A DNA stretch of 64,000 nt from Candidatus Woesearchaeota archaeon (GTDB taxonomy: Archaea > Nanobdellota > Nanobdellia > Pacearchaeales > GW2011-AR1), in the NCBI GenBank assembly GCA_964344105.1, contig CAYFMD010000003.1:8066-72065 (forward strand), in the 5' to 3' direction. A program made the position numbers and the translations under genes. Under the pieces are notes generated by a model that had not been told where the DNA came from, searched no databases, and worked only from the letters and a program-made list of their open reading frames with translations. Position 1 is the first letter of the stretch; each line of letters opens with the position of its first letter. Of this stretch, positions 1 to 8,039 are shown in pieces.

Positions 1-1520
1 TCATCATCTTTTGTGAAGGTTATTACTGCTTCCCCTTCAATTCCAGGAACCTCTACATTTAGAGGATATTTTTTGTCTAAGAACATTGCTATTGATCCTG
101 GTTGTATTGTAGAGAATATTTCTTTCTTTGTTTCATAGCCTTCTGCTCTTGCTATTACATAACCGTTTCCACATTGAGGGAATGTTTCTGTTAGTGTTGC
201 ATCGCCAGATTCTATTCTGGTTGTTCCTATCCTACAAACTTCGTCGAAGCATTTGTATTCTATTTGTGCTTCAACAGGTTCGAAGTTAGTGTTGAAGGTT
301 GATACTGAGATTTCTGTGTTCTTGTATCTGCATAGTTCGCTTGCTGTGTTTGCTATGTTAGATCCAGGTATTGGTTCTCTTGGTCTGTTTTTGTTTATGT
401 AGACAACAACAGGGAATTGGAAAACTCCGTCTGGAGTGTGCATTTGTATTAGGACTGGATATGCTAGGTCGTAGACAAAATGATATGGAACGTAACAGAA
501 TCCTAATAGCCCTAATCCTTCTTGAGTTCCTATAGGATCTGCGATTAATAGTCCTCCATCGTTTGGCCAGACTTCCATTTTTGTAGGCCAGTTCCTAGAG
601 AAGTGGAAATTTACCGGGACATCTACATTTTGTCCTATGTCATGGATGAAATATTCATTTTCTTGTTTGCTTAGATCGTAGTAGTCTCCTTTTATTTTTG
701 TGAAAGGTACGTTGGCTTCTAATGCCATTGTTAGATTTGCCCTTACTTCTTCTACATTCCATATTGATGGGCTGCATTGTATTTCTACTCCATCTACCGG
801 AGCGTATAGTCTTAGTATATCTACCCCATAATTTTCTAGGAACATTGATTCCTTGAAATCGTTATAGATATCTAGAGCTAGTTCGTGGAATTTTCCTAAG
901 CTAGATTGTACGTCGTTTGAATGACTCTTTCCTGTCCAAGATTGCTCGCCTCTTTTAATTTCAATTGAATGTGAGACATCAACATCAATTCTGTTTTCTC
1001 TTATGTTTGTTTCTACTTCTATCTCTCTTCCTACTGCTATTTCGAATCCTTCATTTGCAAATCTTGAGAAGTCACATTGTAATATTCTTTGTTCTAGGAA
1101 TTTATCTAATTCCTCCTCCATTGTATCTGTTGTTGGAACTTGTTCTTTTACAAGGTTATTTCCAGAAATGTAATACCAATAAGGTATTGGAATTCCTACA
1201 AAGTCTAGATAGTTAGAGAATGGCATATGTTCTGAACCTGGGTTGAAATCTGGGCCTTCGATGTATCCTCCCTGTTGACCTAATATGTTGGCTGCTATTT
1301 GTGTTTCTAATTCAATACAGCCTAAGTAATATTGATAGACTGGTTCTAGCTCTCCTGGAGGTCCTCCGAAAGATAGATTGCCTCTAAATACGAAGAATAA
1401 GACTATGATTCCTACAATTACTATTGCTAGAATAATGAATACTGTGGCTTGCGCCTTTTTATCACGCTCTTTAGGGATCATTCTTTCTCTTGTATAATCT
1501 TTTATGTTATTTAAACCCAT
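1..1520 (-). CDS. secreted pilin-like protein with N-terminal class III (prepilin-type) signal peptide. The start codon is at 1518-1520 (or an internal ATG at 1479-1481) and the C-terminus runs off the window edge. It is a paralog of the 29401, 36623 and 37622 genes.
   Basis: Reverse-complement translation from the ATG at 1520 gives MGLNNIKDYTRERMIPKERDKKAQATVFIILAIVIVGIIVLFFVF...LGQQGGYIEGP...PIPYWYY. A basic stretch is followed by A|Q and a long hydrophobic helix, with the same QGGY and aromatic motifs as the other paralogs. The reading frame stays open to position 1 and is absent from the ORF track only because it has no in-window stop. Confidence 0.5.
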   Translation of the reverse strand, partial: MGLNNIKDYTRERMIPKERDKKAQATVFIILAIVIVGIIVLFFVFRGNLSFGGPPGELEPVYQYYLGCIELETQIAANILGQQGGYIEGPDFNPGSEHMPFSNYLDFVGIPIPYWYYISGNNLVKEQVPTTDTMEEELDKFLEQRILQCDFSRFANEGFEIAVGREIEVETNIRENRIDVDVSHSIEIKRGEQSWTGKSHSNDVQSSLGKFHELALDIYNDFKESMFLENYGVDILRLYAPVDGVEIQCSPSIWNVEEVRANLTMALEANVPFTKIKGDYYDLSKQENEYFIHDIGQNVDVPVNFHFSRNWPTKMEVWPNDGGLLIADPIGTQEGLGLLGFCYVPYHFVYDLAYPVLIQMHTPDGVFQFPVVVYINKNRPREPIPGSNIANTASELCRYKNTEISVSTFNTNFEPVEAQIEYKCFDEVCRIGTTRIESGDATLTETFPQCGNGYVIARAEGYETKKEIFSTIQPGSIAMFLDKKYPLNVEVPGIEGEAVITFTKDD

Positions 1521-1523
1521 TTT

Positions 1524-1712
1524 TTATTTCCAGTAGTAGATTTTTGCCATACCGGCCCTCCTTATTTTAACTTTTTGAGCACCTTCGAGAAATGCGAAGC
1601 AATTAGCGATAGTTTGTCGAGATAATTTCATTTTTTTGGATAATTCGGAGATTGTGTAGCCCGATTTGCTTTTTTGCAATTCGTTGATAATTCTATTTCT
1701 GTATTTTTCCAT
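1524..1712 (-). CDS. small winged-helix/HTH DNA-binding protein (62 aa), directly upstream of and co-oriented with the pilin-like gene
   Basis: The sequence ...YTISELSKKMKLSRQTIANCFAFLEGAQKVKIRRAG... has an HTH-like pattern. Its stop codon lies 3 nt from the next ATG. Confidence 0.4.
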   Translation of the reverse strand: MEKYRNRIINELQKSKSGYTISELSKKMKLSRQTIANCFAFLEGAQKVKIRRAGMAKIYYWK

Positions 1713-1825
1713 TCTTACCTCTTTTTATACAGTTTGATAAGCAATAGTGTATTTAAAGGTATTGGTTAATATTGGTTAGTTTAATAGATTAGCAGTATTG
1801 ATAAGCAATAGAATAGAGAAAAAAA

Positions 1826-1896
1826 TGGTCCCACCAAGAATCGAACTTGGGACTTGTCCACGTCAAGGACACGTTTTACCACTAAACTATGGGGCC
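1826..1896 (-). tRNA. tRNA-Val (anticodon GAC)
   Basis: The reverse complement GGCCCCATAGTTTAGTGGTAAAACGTGTCCTTGACGTGGACAAGTCCCAAGTTCGATTCTTGGTGGGACCA folds as a cloverleaf with D-stem GTTT/AAAC, anticodon stem TGTCC/GGACA, loop TTGACGT and T-arm CCAAG-TTCGATT-CTTGG. There is one C.A mismatch at 3-70 in my manual fold. Confidence 0.75.
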
Positions 1897-1903
1897 TTAA
1901 TTG

Positions 1904-2197
1904 TTATGAGATAGATTGGTTTTTATTTCTTTTGCTGGTTTTTCCACCTTTGATTTGGCCCCAATTATCAGGGCTATTTTTGGTATCTAATGTATCTGGG
2001 TCTATTTTTGACAGGTAGATAAGATCTTGGAATAGGGGTTCTGGTAGAAGCCTTCTTTCTGTGTAATAGTTTTTCAGATTATTGTAGTCTGTGTTTATTC
2101 CTAGCTGCAGGAGCCCTCTAAGGGATGTTAGATTAAGATTTTCAATACATCTATCTAGAAATTCTCTTTGTTTGCCTTTTTGAAATTGGATTCTCAT
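1904..2197 (-). CDS. hypothetical protein (97 aa)
   Basis: This is an ORF with no recognisable motif, lying between the tRNA and L44e. Confidence 0.25.
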   Translation of the reverse strand: MRIQFQKGKQREFLDRCIENLNLTSLRGLLQLGINTDYNNLKNYYTERRLLPEPLFQDLIYLSKIDPDTLDTKNSPDNWGQIKGGKTSKRNKNQSIS

Positions 2198-2256
2198 TTT
2201 AGCTACGTCACCATTAGGAGCAAAAGCTTTAAATAGGTTTCTTTTTAGGTGTTTCT

Positions 2257-2577
2257 ATGAATCTACCAAAAGAAACAAAGAGATTTTGTCCTTATTGTAA
2301 GAAAAGGACTGAGCAGAAGATTGATGTAGTAAGTACTGGATTCAAGAGAGGGGAGTTGAGAAGGGGAAGTATTTCAAGATCTAAGTCAAGAGGAGCTATG
2401 CCTGGTCATGGTAATCAGGGAAGATATTCTAGAAAGGCGCCTAAGAACTGGAAGAGAAAGACTAAGACTACTACAAGAAAGGTTGTTATTTACAAATGTA
2501 AGGATTGTGGTAAGAGTAAGCAAGCTAAGGAGTCTAGGAGAGTTGGAAAGTTATTGATAGGAGAGAATAAGAAGTAA
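2257..2577 (+). CDS. rpl44e: 50S ribosomal protein L44e (eL42)
   Basis: It has the C4 zinc ribbon FCPYCKK...CKDCGK and a basic KRKTKTTTRKVV core typical of L44e. Confidence 0.85.
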   Translation: MNLPKETKRFCPYCKKRTEQKIDVVSTGFKRGELRRGSISRSKSRGAMPGHGNQGRYSRKAPKNWKRKTKTTTRKVVIYKCKDCGKSKQAKESRRVGKLLIGENKK

Positions 2578-2578
2578 G

Positions 2579-3418
2579 ATGGCAAAAGCAACAAAAGTAG
2601 TAGTAAGGAGAAAGAAGTTCCAGGAAGTTGATGTTCCAATTACCAAGGGTAAGATTGAGTTAGTTGGGGAGACTATTGATGAGATTGAAGGTAAGACTAT
2701 AAAGTTAGATTTGACTAGACAGTTGAAAGGTAAGAGTGTTGAAGTTACTGTTAAAGTTGCTAATGAAAAGGATAAGGCTGTTGCTCATCCTACTAAGATG
2801 AGATTGCTGTCTTACTTCATTAGAAGAATGATTAGGAAGAAGATTAGTTATGTTGAAGACAGTTTGGAGATTCCAAGTCAGGAAAGTATGTTGGTTGTTA
2901 AGCCTTTTTTGATTACAAGAAAGAGAGTTTCTAGAGCTGTTAGAAAGGCTTTGAGAAATAGAGCTAAGAATTGGTTGGAAGATTATATTTCACAGATGAC
3001 TGATAAAGAAGTATTTGATGAAGTTTTGAGTAATAAGTTGCAGAAGCCATTGAGTTTGGTTTTGAAGAAGACTTATCCACTTTCACTTTGTGAGATTAGA
3101 GTTTTAGAAATTAAGAGGCCTTTGGAGAAGTCTGAGGTTCCTAAGAAGGTTGCTAGAAAGAAGGTTGAAGAGACTAAGGAAGATGAAGGATTTATTGATC
3201 AGATGGCAGAGATAGAAGCTGAGAAGGTTAAGGCTGCTGAAGAGGAAATGGATAAAACTCAAAAGAAAGCTAGTAAGAAGGAAGATGAAGATAAGGAAGA
3301 AGAGAAGAAGGAAGTAGAAGAAGCTAAGGAAGAGAAGAAAAAGGCTACTAAGAAAACTACAAAGAAGACAGCAAGTAAATCTAAGGATGAGGATATTGTT
3401 AAGGAGGATAAAGAGTAA
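2579..3418 (+). CDS. rps3ae: 30S ribosomal protein S3Ae (eS1) with a long K/E-rich C-terminal tail
   Basis: The S3Ae pattern is present as LDLTRQLKGK.VEV...KKTYPLSLCEIRVLEIKRP. The gene starts 2 nt after L44e. Confidence 0.7.
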   Translation: MAKATKVVVRRKKFQEVDVPITKGKIELVGETIDEIEGKTIKLDLTRQLKGKSVEVTVKVANEKDKAVAHPTKMRLLSYFIRRMIRKKISYVEDSLEIPSQESMLVVKPFLITRKRVSRAVRKALRNRAKNWLEDYISQMTDKEVFDEVLSNKLQKPLSLVLKKTYPLSLCEIRVLEIKRPLEKSEVPKKVARKKVEETKEDEGFIDQMAEIEAEKVKAAEEEMDKTQKKASKKEDEDKEEEKKEVEEAKEEKKKATKKTTKKTASKSKDEDIVKEDKE

Positions 3419-3420
3419 AA

Positions 3421-3993
3421 ATGGAACAGACTTTAGTTTTGATTAAACCTGATGGAATACAGCAGAAAGTTGTTGGACAGATAATTAGTAGATTTGAGAC
3501 TGCTGGTTTGAGAGTTGTGGGTATGAAGATGGTTTGGCCTGATGAAGGTAAGGCAAGAGAGCATTACCCTTTGGATGAGGAATGGGCTAAGTCTGCTTTT
3601 GCTAAGACAAGTGAATCTGCAAAGAAGAATAACGAGAAGTTTGATTTTAAGGATCATATGGAGTTTGGAAAGTTTGTTCAAGATGGTTTGGTTAATTTTA
3701 TCCAGGAAAATCCAATAGTTGCTTTGGTTTTGGAAGGAAGTCATGCTATTGAGGTTGTTAGAAAGATGGTTGGTGCTACTGAGCCAAGAGCTGCAGCACC
3801 TGGTACAATTAGAGCTGACTTTGCTTCAGTTGAGTCTTATCCTAATGCTAATAATCAGGGAAGAGCTGTTAGAAATTTGATTCACGCTTCGGACAGTCCA
3901 GAGACTGCTGAGAAAGAGATTAAGACTTGGTTTGATGATGAAGAGGTTCATGATTATTCAAGACCTGGTGATGATAAGATTTTTGGCAAGTAA
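3421..3993 (+). CDS. ndk: nucleoside diphosphate kinase
   Basis: It contains EQTLVLIKPDGIQQKVVGQIISRFETAGLRVVGMKM and NLIHASDS. Confidence 0.9.
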   Translation: MEQTLVLIKPDGIQQKVVGQIISRFETAGLRVVGMKMVWPDEGKAREHYPLDEEWAKSAFAKTSESAKKNNEKFDFKDHMEFGKFVQDGLVNFIQENPIVALVLEGSHAIEVVRKMVGATEPRAAAPGTIRADFASVESYPNANNQGRAVRNLIHASDSPETAEKEIKTWFDDEEVHDYSRPGDDKIFGK

Positions 3994-4029
3994 CAAAGCT
4001 TAAAAACAGTAATTCTCTAAAAATATTAT

Positions 4030-4101
4030 GCCTCCATAGCTCAGTGGTAGAGCAACTGATTTGTAATCAGTAGGTCGTCGGTTCAAATCCGGCTGGGGGC
4101 T
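4030..4101 (+). tRNA. tRNA-Thr (anticodon TGT)
   Basis: GCCTCCATAGCTCAGTGGTAGAGCAACTGATTTGTAATCAGTAGGTCGTCGGTTCAAATCCGGCTGGGGGCT has acceptor GCCTCCA/TGGGGGC, anticodon stem ACTGA/TCAGT with loop TTTGTAA, and a TTCAAAT T-loop. Confidence 0.85.
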
Positions 4102-4155
4102 TTGTTATTTTTTAGTATCGATTTGTTTAAATATTGACTAAGGGTCATTATTTTA

Positions 4156-4659
4156 ATGGCTATTGAAAGTGTGGAAGAGGCTTATGAGAATAGGAGATTG
4201 GCTCTTCAGGGTGCTACTTTTGGACAATTTTTTAGGGGAGCGGTTCGTGCGCCCTTTTCTGCATTGGGAGATCCTGCAGCATTTATGATGGGGAGTTTTA
4301 AGGGATTTTTTTTAAGTTTTGCAAATGATACTGAAATCCCTGCTGAGGCTGTAGAGGCCTATCAAGCTTTTGGAGATAATGGTAAGGGAGGGTGGTTGGA
4401 TTCTATGGATGCAGAAGATATGGGTTATTTAATTGGAGCTACTGCGAATTATACTGCCGTTTCTGCTTGGATGTTGGGATCTGCTTATTGTGCGGCTGTT
4501 TCAGATCTTAGTCAGACTAGTGCTGAAGGAATTGCGAATTATGTTGTTGCAGGAGGTTTGCTTGTAGCTAATGTTTTGAGAGAAGGCCATAGGCGTTTGG
4601 AAGATTATCTTAATAGGCCTCATCCATTGCCTGGGAGTTCAAAAGGGGATAATGAATGA
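4156..4659 (+). CDS. hypothetical protein (Ala/Gly-rich, 167 aa)
   Basis: This is an ORF with no recognised domain. Its amino-acid composition differs from the K/I/N-rich neighbouring genes. Confidence 0.3.
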   Translation: MAIESVEEAYENRRLALQGATFGQFFRGAVRAPFSALGDPAAFMMGSFKGFFLSFANDTEIPAEAVEAYQAFGDNGKGGWLDSMDAEDMGYLIGATANYTAVSAWMLGSAYCAAVSDLSQTSAEGIANYVVAGGLLVANVLREGHRRLEDYLNRPHPLPGSSKGDNE

Positions 4660-5053
4660 TAAAGAAAAATTGGATGAGATAAGGAAGTTGGTTAGTGGGC
4701 TGAGTTTGCAGGAATATCAAAAGGCTTGCTTACGTACTGTTAAGGAATTTCCTAGTGATCAGGTTAAGATAATGACTTGGGGACTTGGTGTTGCTGGTGA
4801 GGCAGGAGATGTGGCTGGTTGTATAAAGAAGACATTTGTTCATAATAATGATACTACTTCTGGAATTAGAGAGAATGTTGGAGATACTATGTGGTATATA
4901 GCTAACATTTGTAATTTTTTTAATTGGGATCTACAAGAAATATTGCAAGAGAATGTTGATAAGTTGATGAAGAGATATCCTGAAGGTTTTACTTACAAGG
5001 ATGCTGATAGGGGTTATAAGGATTGGAATGAGGGTGTTGAAAATAGGAGATAG
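4652..5053 (+). CDS. MazG-like nucleoside triphosphate pyrophosphohydrolase
   Basis: It contains LQEYQK...WGLGVAGEAGDVAG.IKK...GDTMWYIANICNFFNWDLQEIL, an EExxE/D-type all-alpha NTP-PPase signature. Confidence 0.6.
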   Translation: MNDKEKLDEIRKLVSGLSLQEYQKACLRTVKEFPSDQVKIMTWGLGVAGEAGDVAGCIKKTFVHNNDTTSGIRENVGDTMWYIANICNFFNWDLQEILQENVDKLMKRYPEGFTYKDADRGYKDWNEGVENRR

Positions 5054-5614
5054 TTATTCTTCATCTACTGATTCTGCTTTTTTATCCCCTATAAGAATTG
5101 TTGCAACTTCTTCTTGGAGGTTGGCTATATCGCCTTTTTTGAAAGGCCCGATTTCATTTCCTTCTAGATCTAATAGGGCATCTGTATCTTCTACAAAAAC
5201 AATCATCTTGTTTTGGGGTTTATTTTCTTCTTCTTTTCCTCTTAAAATTTCTTCAATTTTTTTATCTCCTTTTTCTAGAGATTTCATAATTCCATCAAAC
5301 TGTTCTTTTTCGATTAATAGCATATTTTCAAAATCTCTTTTTGAAATTCCTGTTTCAGCGGCTACAAAGGCTAGTTCTAAGATTTTCTTTTTTCTTCTTA
5401 GTATTAGTTCTTTGAAGATTGCTATTGAATTTTCAAATTGCTTCTTTGTTTTTAGAATTGTATCTGAGAAATTATCATCTTCTTTGTTTGCTATCTCTTT
5501 CTTGTCTTTTAGATATGCAGATACTTCTTTTATGAAAAGTTTTGGTATTGGTTGTAGTTGTTCTGAATAACGCTCTTTTCTTAATGCATCATATAACTCA
5601 TTGTATGTAATCAT
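5054..5614 (-). CDS. DNA replication GINS complex subunit, Gins51-like
   Basis: The N-terminal A-domain pattern is ELYDALRKE.YSEQLQPIPKLFIKEVSAYL. The C-terminal B-domain is MIVFVEDTDALLDLEGNEIGPFKKGDIANLQEEVATILI. Confidence 0.55.
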   Translation of the reverse strand: MITYNELYDALRKERYSEQLQPIPKLFIKEVSAYLKDKKEIANKEDDNFSDTILKTKKQFENSIAIFKELILRRKKKILELAFVAAETGISKRDFENMLLIEKEQFDGIMKSLEKGDKKIEEILRGKEEENKPQNKMIVFVEDTDALLDLEGNEIGPFKKGDIANLQEEVATILIGDKKAESVDEE

Positions 5615-5620
5615 AGTCCA

Positions 5621-5636
5621 GGAAACCTAGGTTTCC
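5621..5636. promoter_or_regulatory. perfect 16-bp palindrome GGAAACCTAGGTTTCC, 6 bp upstream of the Gins-like start codon, followed by a ~37-bp imperfect direct repeat (two copies; run ends near 5709)
   Basis: Read directly from the sequence: the run is tagaCgcaaccTtcctaaGaatgct... followed by tagaTgcaaccCtcctaaTattgct.... Confidence 0.3.
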
Positions 5637-5783
5637 TAGACGCAACCTTCCTAAGAATGCTATTGTCTGTTTTCCCTAGATGCAACCCTCCTAATATTGC
5701 TGTTTCACAGTTATTATTCGCCATAGGTGTGAGAGAGGATTTTGATTTATAATGTTTGTTGTGGTTAGAATTCTTTGTAACTT

Positions 5784-6245
5784 TTAGTTAACTAGTGGTT
5801 CAAATCTTTTATAGGATGTATTGCCAATTTCTGGTATGTAACACCAGTCTTTAATGCCTTTTTCTGGTTCTTTTTTTAGTCTTAAATTATGTTTGGCTGC
5901 AGCAGTGTCTATCCATGAGTAAACTTGTTCTCCTGTGTCTGTTTCAAAGCTAGGAAAATTGAATGAGTAATCGTATATAGTTGGGTAGTCTTCTTGCCCT
6001 AGTCTATGTATTGGAATTCTGACTAAACTTATTGTTGAGTTGTCTTTTGTGATCCCATAGGGAGTTTTGAATTCCACTATTGCTGAGTCATAGGTAATTA
6101 GTTCTGAAAGATTTCTGACTATTGTTTCTGGAGACCACCATATGGAACTAAGAATTGTAAAATATCTATGAGTATGGTGTGGTGGTCCATCTCCTGTTTT
6201 AGCTCTTGTTGAATTCCCTATGCCTTCTTCAAAATTTCCGTTCAT
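5784..6245 (-). CDS. hypothetical protein (153 aa)
   Basis: This ORF is coupled by an ATGA overlap to the upstream ORF 6242-6916. Confidence 0.3.
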   Translation of the reverse strand: MNGNFEEGIGNSTRAKTGDGPPHHTHRYFTILSSIWWSPETIVRNLSELITYDSAIVEFKTPYGITKDNSTISLVRIPIHRLGQEDYPTIYDYSFNFPSFETDTGEQVYSWIDTAAAKHNLRLKKEPEKGIKDWCYIPEIGNTSYKRFEPLVN

Positions 6246-6916
6246 TTGATTTCTCCTCTTAATAAATCTTCAAATAATTCATGGTTGATTCCAACAGCTC
6301 TTTCTGGAGATATTAGTCCTTTGACTTTTTCTGCAAGTACTGGATATAAACGGAAGTCACTATGATGGTAACCTATTGGTCTAGCTATATGGCCTACACT
6401 ATATCTCAAGTCAATGCCCATATGCCTTGAGGGATATAGATGCTCACTATCTTTAGTGTATTCTACAAATCCTGATAATGTTTCTTCATCATTTCTAGCA
6501 AGGAATCTCCACTCAGGGCTCTCTAAAATAGTTTCTGATGAGTAGCCCTTTCCATCGATTTCTTCTACTCTCTCTTTGGGAATATGCAATACGTTGTGTT
6601 CCCTACTGTCTAATGCATACCATTCAATATCTGATAGAACTATGTTGCCTTCATAGATTAGCAATTCTTCAGGATTTTTTGTGAGAATGGGATCATTAGC
6701 AATTAATTTTACACTACCATCTCTAAAATAGTGCATACTATCACATGTTAGGGTTCTACATCTAAAGTCATCTTTTGTTTTCTTATCCGCATTGCTACCT
6801 AATAATCTCATATGGTCATACATAGTTGTTGGCTTATATCCTTGCTCAACTATTTCACGTAGGGCAGATATGCCTTCACCATGTGAACCTGTATATGGGT
6901 GTTTTTTCTTTTTCAT
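6242..6916 (-). CDS. hypothetical protein (224 aa)
   Basis: No recognised motif is present. It is divergent from the Lrp-like regulator. Confidence 0.3.
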   Translation of the reverse strand: MKKKKHPYTGSHGEGISALREIVEQGYKPTTMYDHMRLLGSNADKKTKDDFRCRTLTCDSMHYFRDGSVKLIANDPILTKNPEELLIYEGNIVLSDIEWYALDSREHNVLHIPKERVEEIDGKGYSSETILESPEWRFLARNDEETLSGFVEYTKDSEHLYPSRHMGIDLRYSVGHIARPIGYHHSDFRLYPVLAEKVKGLISPERAVGINHELFEDLLRGEIK

Positions 6917-7046
6917 TTTCTTGTTTTTCTTTTTAATTTTTACTTTATTTATTACTATTCGATGGTAATCTAATAAATTTAAAACTTTCTTGCTAATAAT
7001 TTTTACAAATAGAAATATTTATAAATAAAAATTATATTTTATTTAT

Positions 7047-8039
7047 ATGAAATCTGAGAGTATTGTGAAAAGGATATTATGGAATTTGGATTATGATGCT
7101 AGACTGCCTCTTAATAAGTTAGCTAAAAAAGTTGGAATATCTAAACAAAATTTGAATTATCATTTGAATAAATTGGTTCGTGATAAAGTTATTAGAAAAT
7201 TTACAACCGTTATTGATCTGCATAAGTTAGGTTATCTTACTTATAGGTTGTATATAAGGTATAAGGATGTTGATGGAAAAAGAGAGAAAGAGATTATAGA
7301 TTATTTTAGGGAACATGGCAATGTTATTTGGTTTGTTAGTTTAGTTGGAAGTTGGGATTTAGAGGTTGTTTTTGGAGCAAGAAATTTTATTCATTTTAAT
7401 AATATTTTTAAGAAAGTTAGGGAGGAGATTGGAGACTATTTCTCTAAATATGATGTTTCAATGTCTGTTGTTAATTATCATTTTAAGAGAGATTATTTAT
7501 TAGATAAAAGAAGAAGGGACTTTTCTCCTTCTTATTATGGTTTTGAACCCGATAAAGTTAGTATCGATGATTTGGATTATAAAATTCTTGGCGAGCTTTC
7601 AAAAGATTGTTCTAATAATAATGTTAGTATTGGGGAGAAAATTGGAGTTACTTATCAGACTATTAAGCAAAGAATAAAAAAATTGGAAGAGGGAGGGGTA
7701 ATTCAAAACCATAGGATTTTGTTTGATATTGGTGCGGCTGGAAGAGAGTATCATAAGATTTTGCTTAAGTTGAATAGCCCTTCTAAAGGGGAGGAGAAGG
7801 ATTTGTATGAATTTTGTAGCAGGCGTAATTTTGTTGTTTATATTGTAGAGGTTTTAGGGGATATTCAGATGGAGATTGAAACGGAGGTTGAAAACCAAGG
7901 CGAGGTTAATAAATTATTGAGAGATCTTAAGAATGAATTCCCGAGTTTGATTACAGATTATGATATATTGCAAGTTACTAAGGAGCATAAATTGGATTAT
8001 TTACCTGCAGGTCTTAGAATACTAAATGATAAAATATAA
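7047..8039 (+). CDS. Lrp/AsnC-family transcriptional regulator with tandem duplicated HTH + RAM domains
   Basis: Two HTH repeats are present: LDYDARLPLNKLAKKVGISKQNLNYHLNKLVRDKVI and LDYKILGELSKDCSNNNVSIGEKIGVTYQTIKQRIKKLEEGGVI. Each is followed by a ~80-aa RAM-like region. Confidence 0.6.
   Translation: MKSESIVKRILWNLDYDARLPLNKLAKKVGISKQNLNYHLNKLVRDKVIRKFTTVIDLHKLGYLTYRLYIRYKDVDGKREKEIIDYFREHGNVIWFVSLVGSWDLEVVFGARNFIHFNNIFKKVREEIGDYFSKYDVSMSVVNYHFKRDYLLDKRRRDFSPSYYGFEPDKVSIDDLDYKILGELSKDCSNNNVSIGEKIGVTYQTIKQRIKKLEEGGVIQNHRILFDIGAAGREYHKILLKLNSPSKGEEKDLYEFCSRRNFVVYIVEVLGDIQMEIETEVENQGEVNKLLRDLKNEFPSLITDYDILQVTKEHKLDYLPAGLRILNDKI

Noticed and set aside
965-1216. Plus-strand 83-aa ORF inside the first minus-strand gene
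   Set aside because: Its low-complexity Leu-rich translation lies antisense to a well-supported long coding frame, so it is a spurious ORF.
3150-3418. K/E-rich repetitive tails (S3Ae, L24e, FtsY N-domain, ScpA C-terminus) as possible DNA repeats
   Set aside because: They are low-complexity coding sequence (AAG/GAA runs), not discrete repeat units or CRISPR-like arrays.
3433-3744. Minus-strand 103-aa ORF overlapping ndk
   Set aside because: It lies antisense to a confidently identified ndk and shows no motif.
5001-5570. Plus-strand 189-aa Ser-rich ORF
   Set aside because: It lies antisense to the Gins51-like gene and its low-complexity translation is an artefact of the opposite coding strand.
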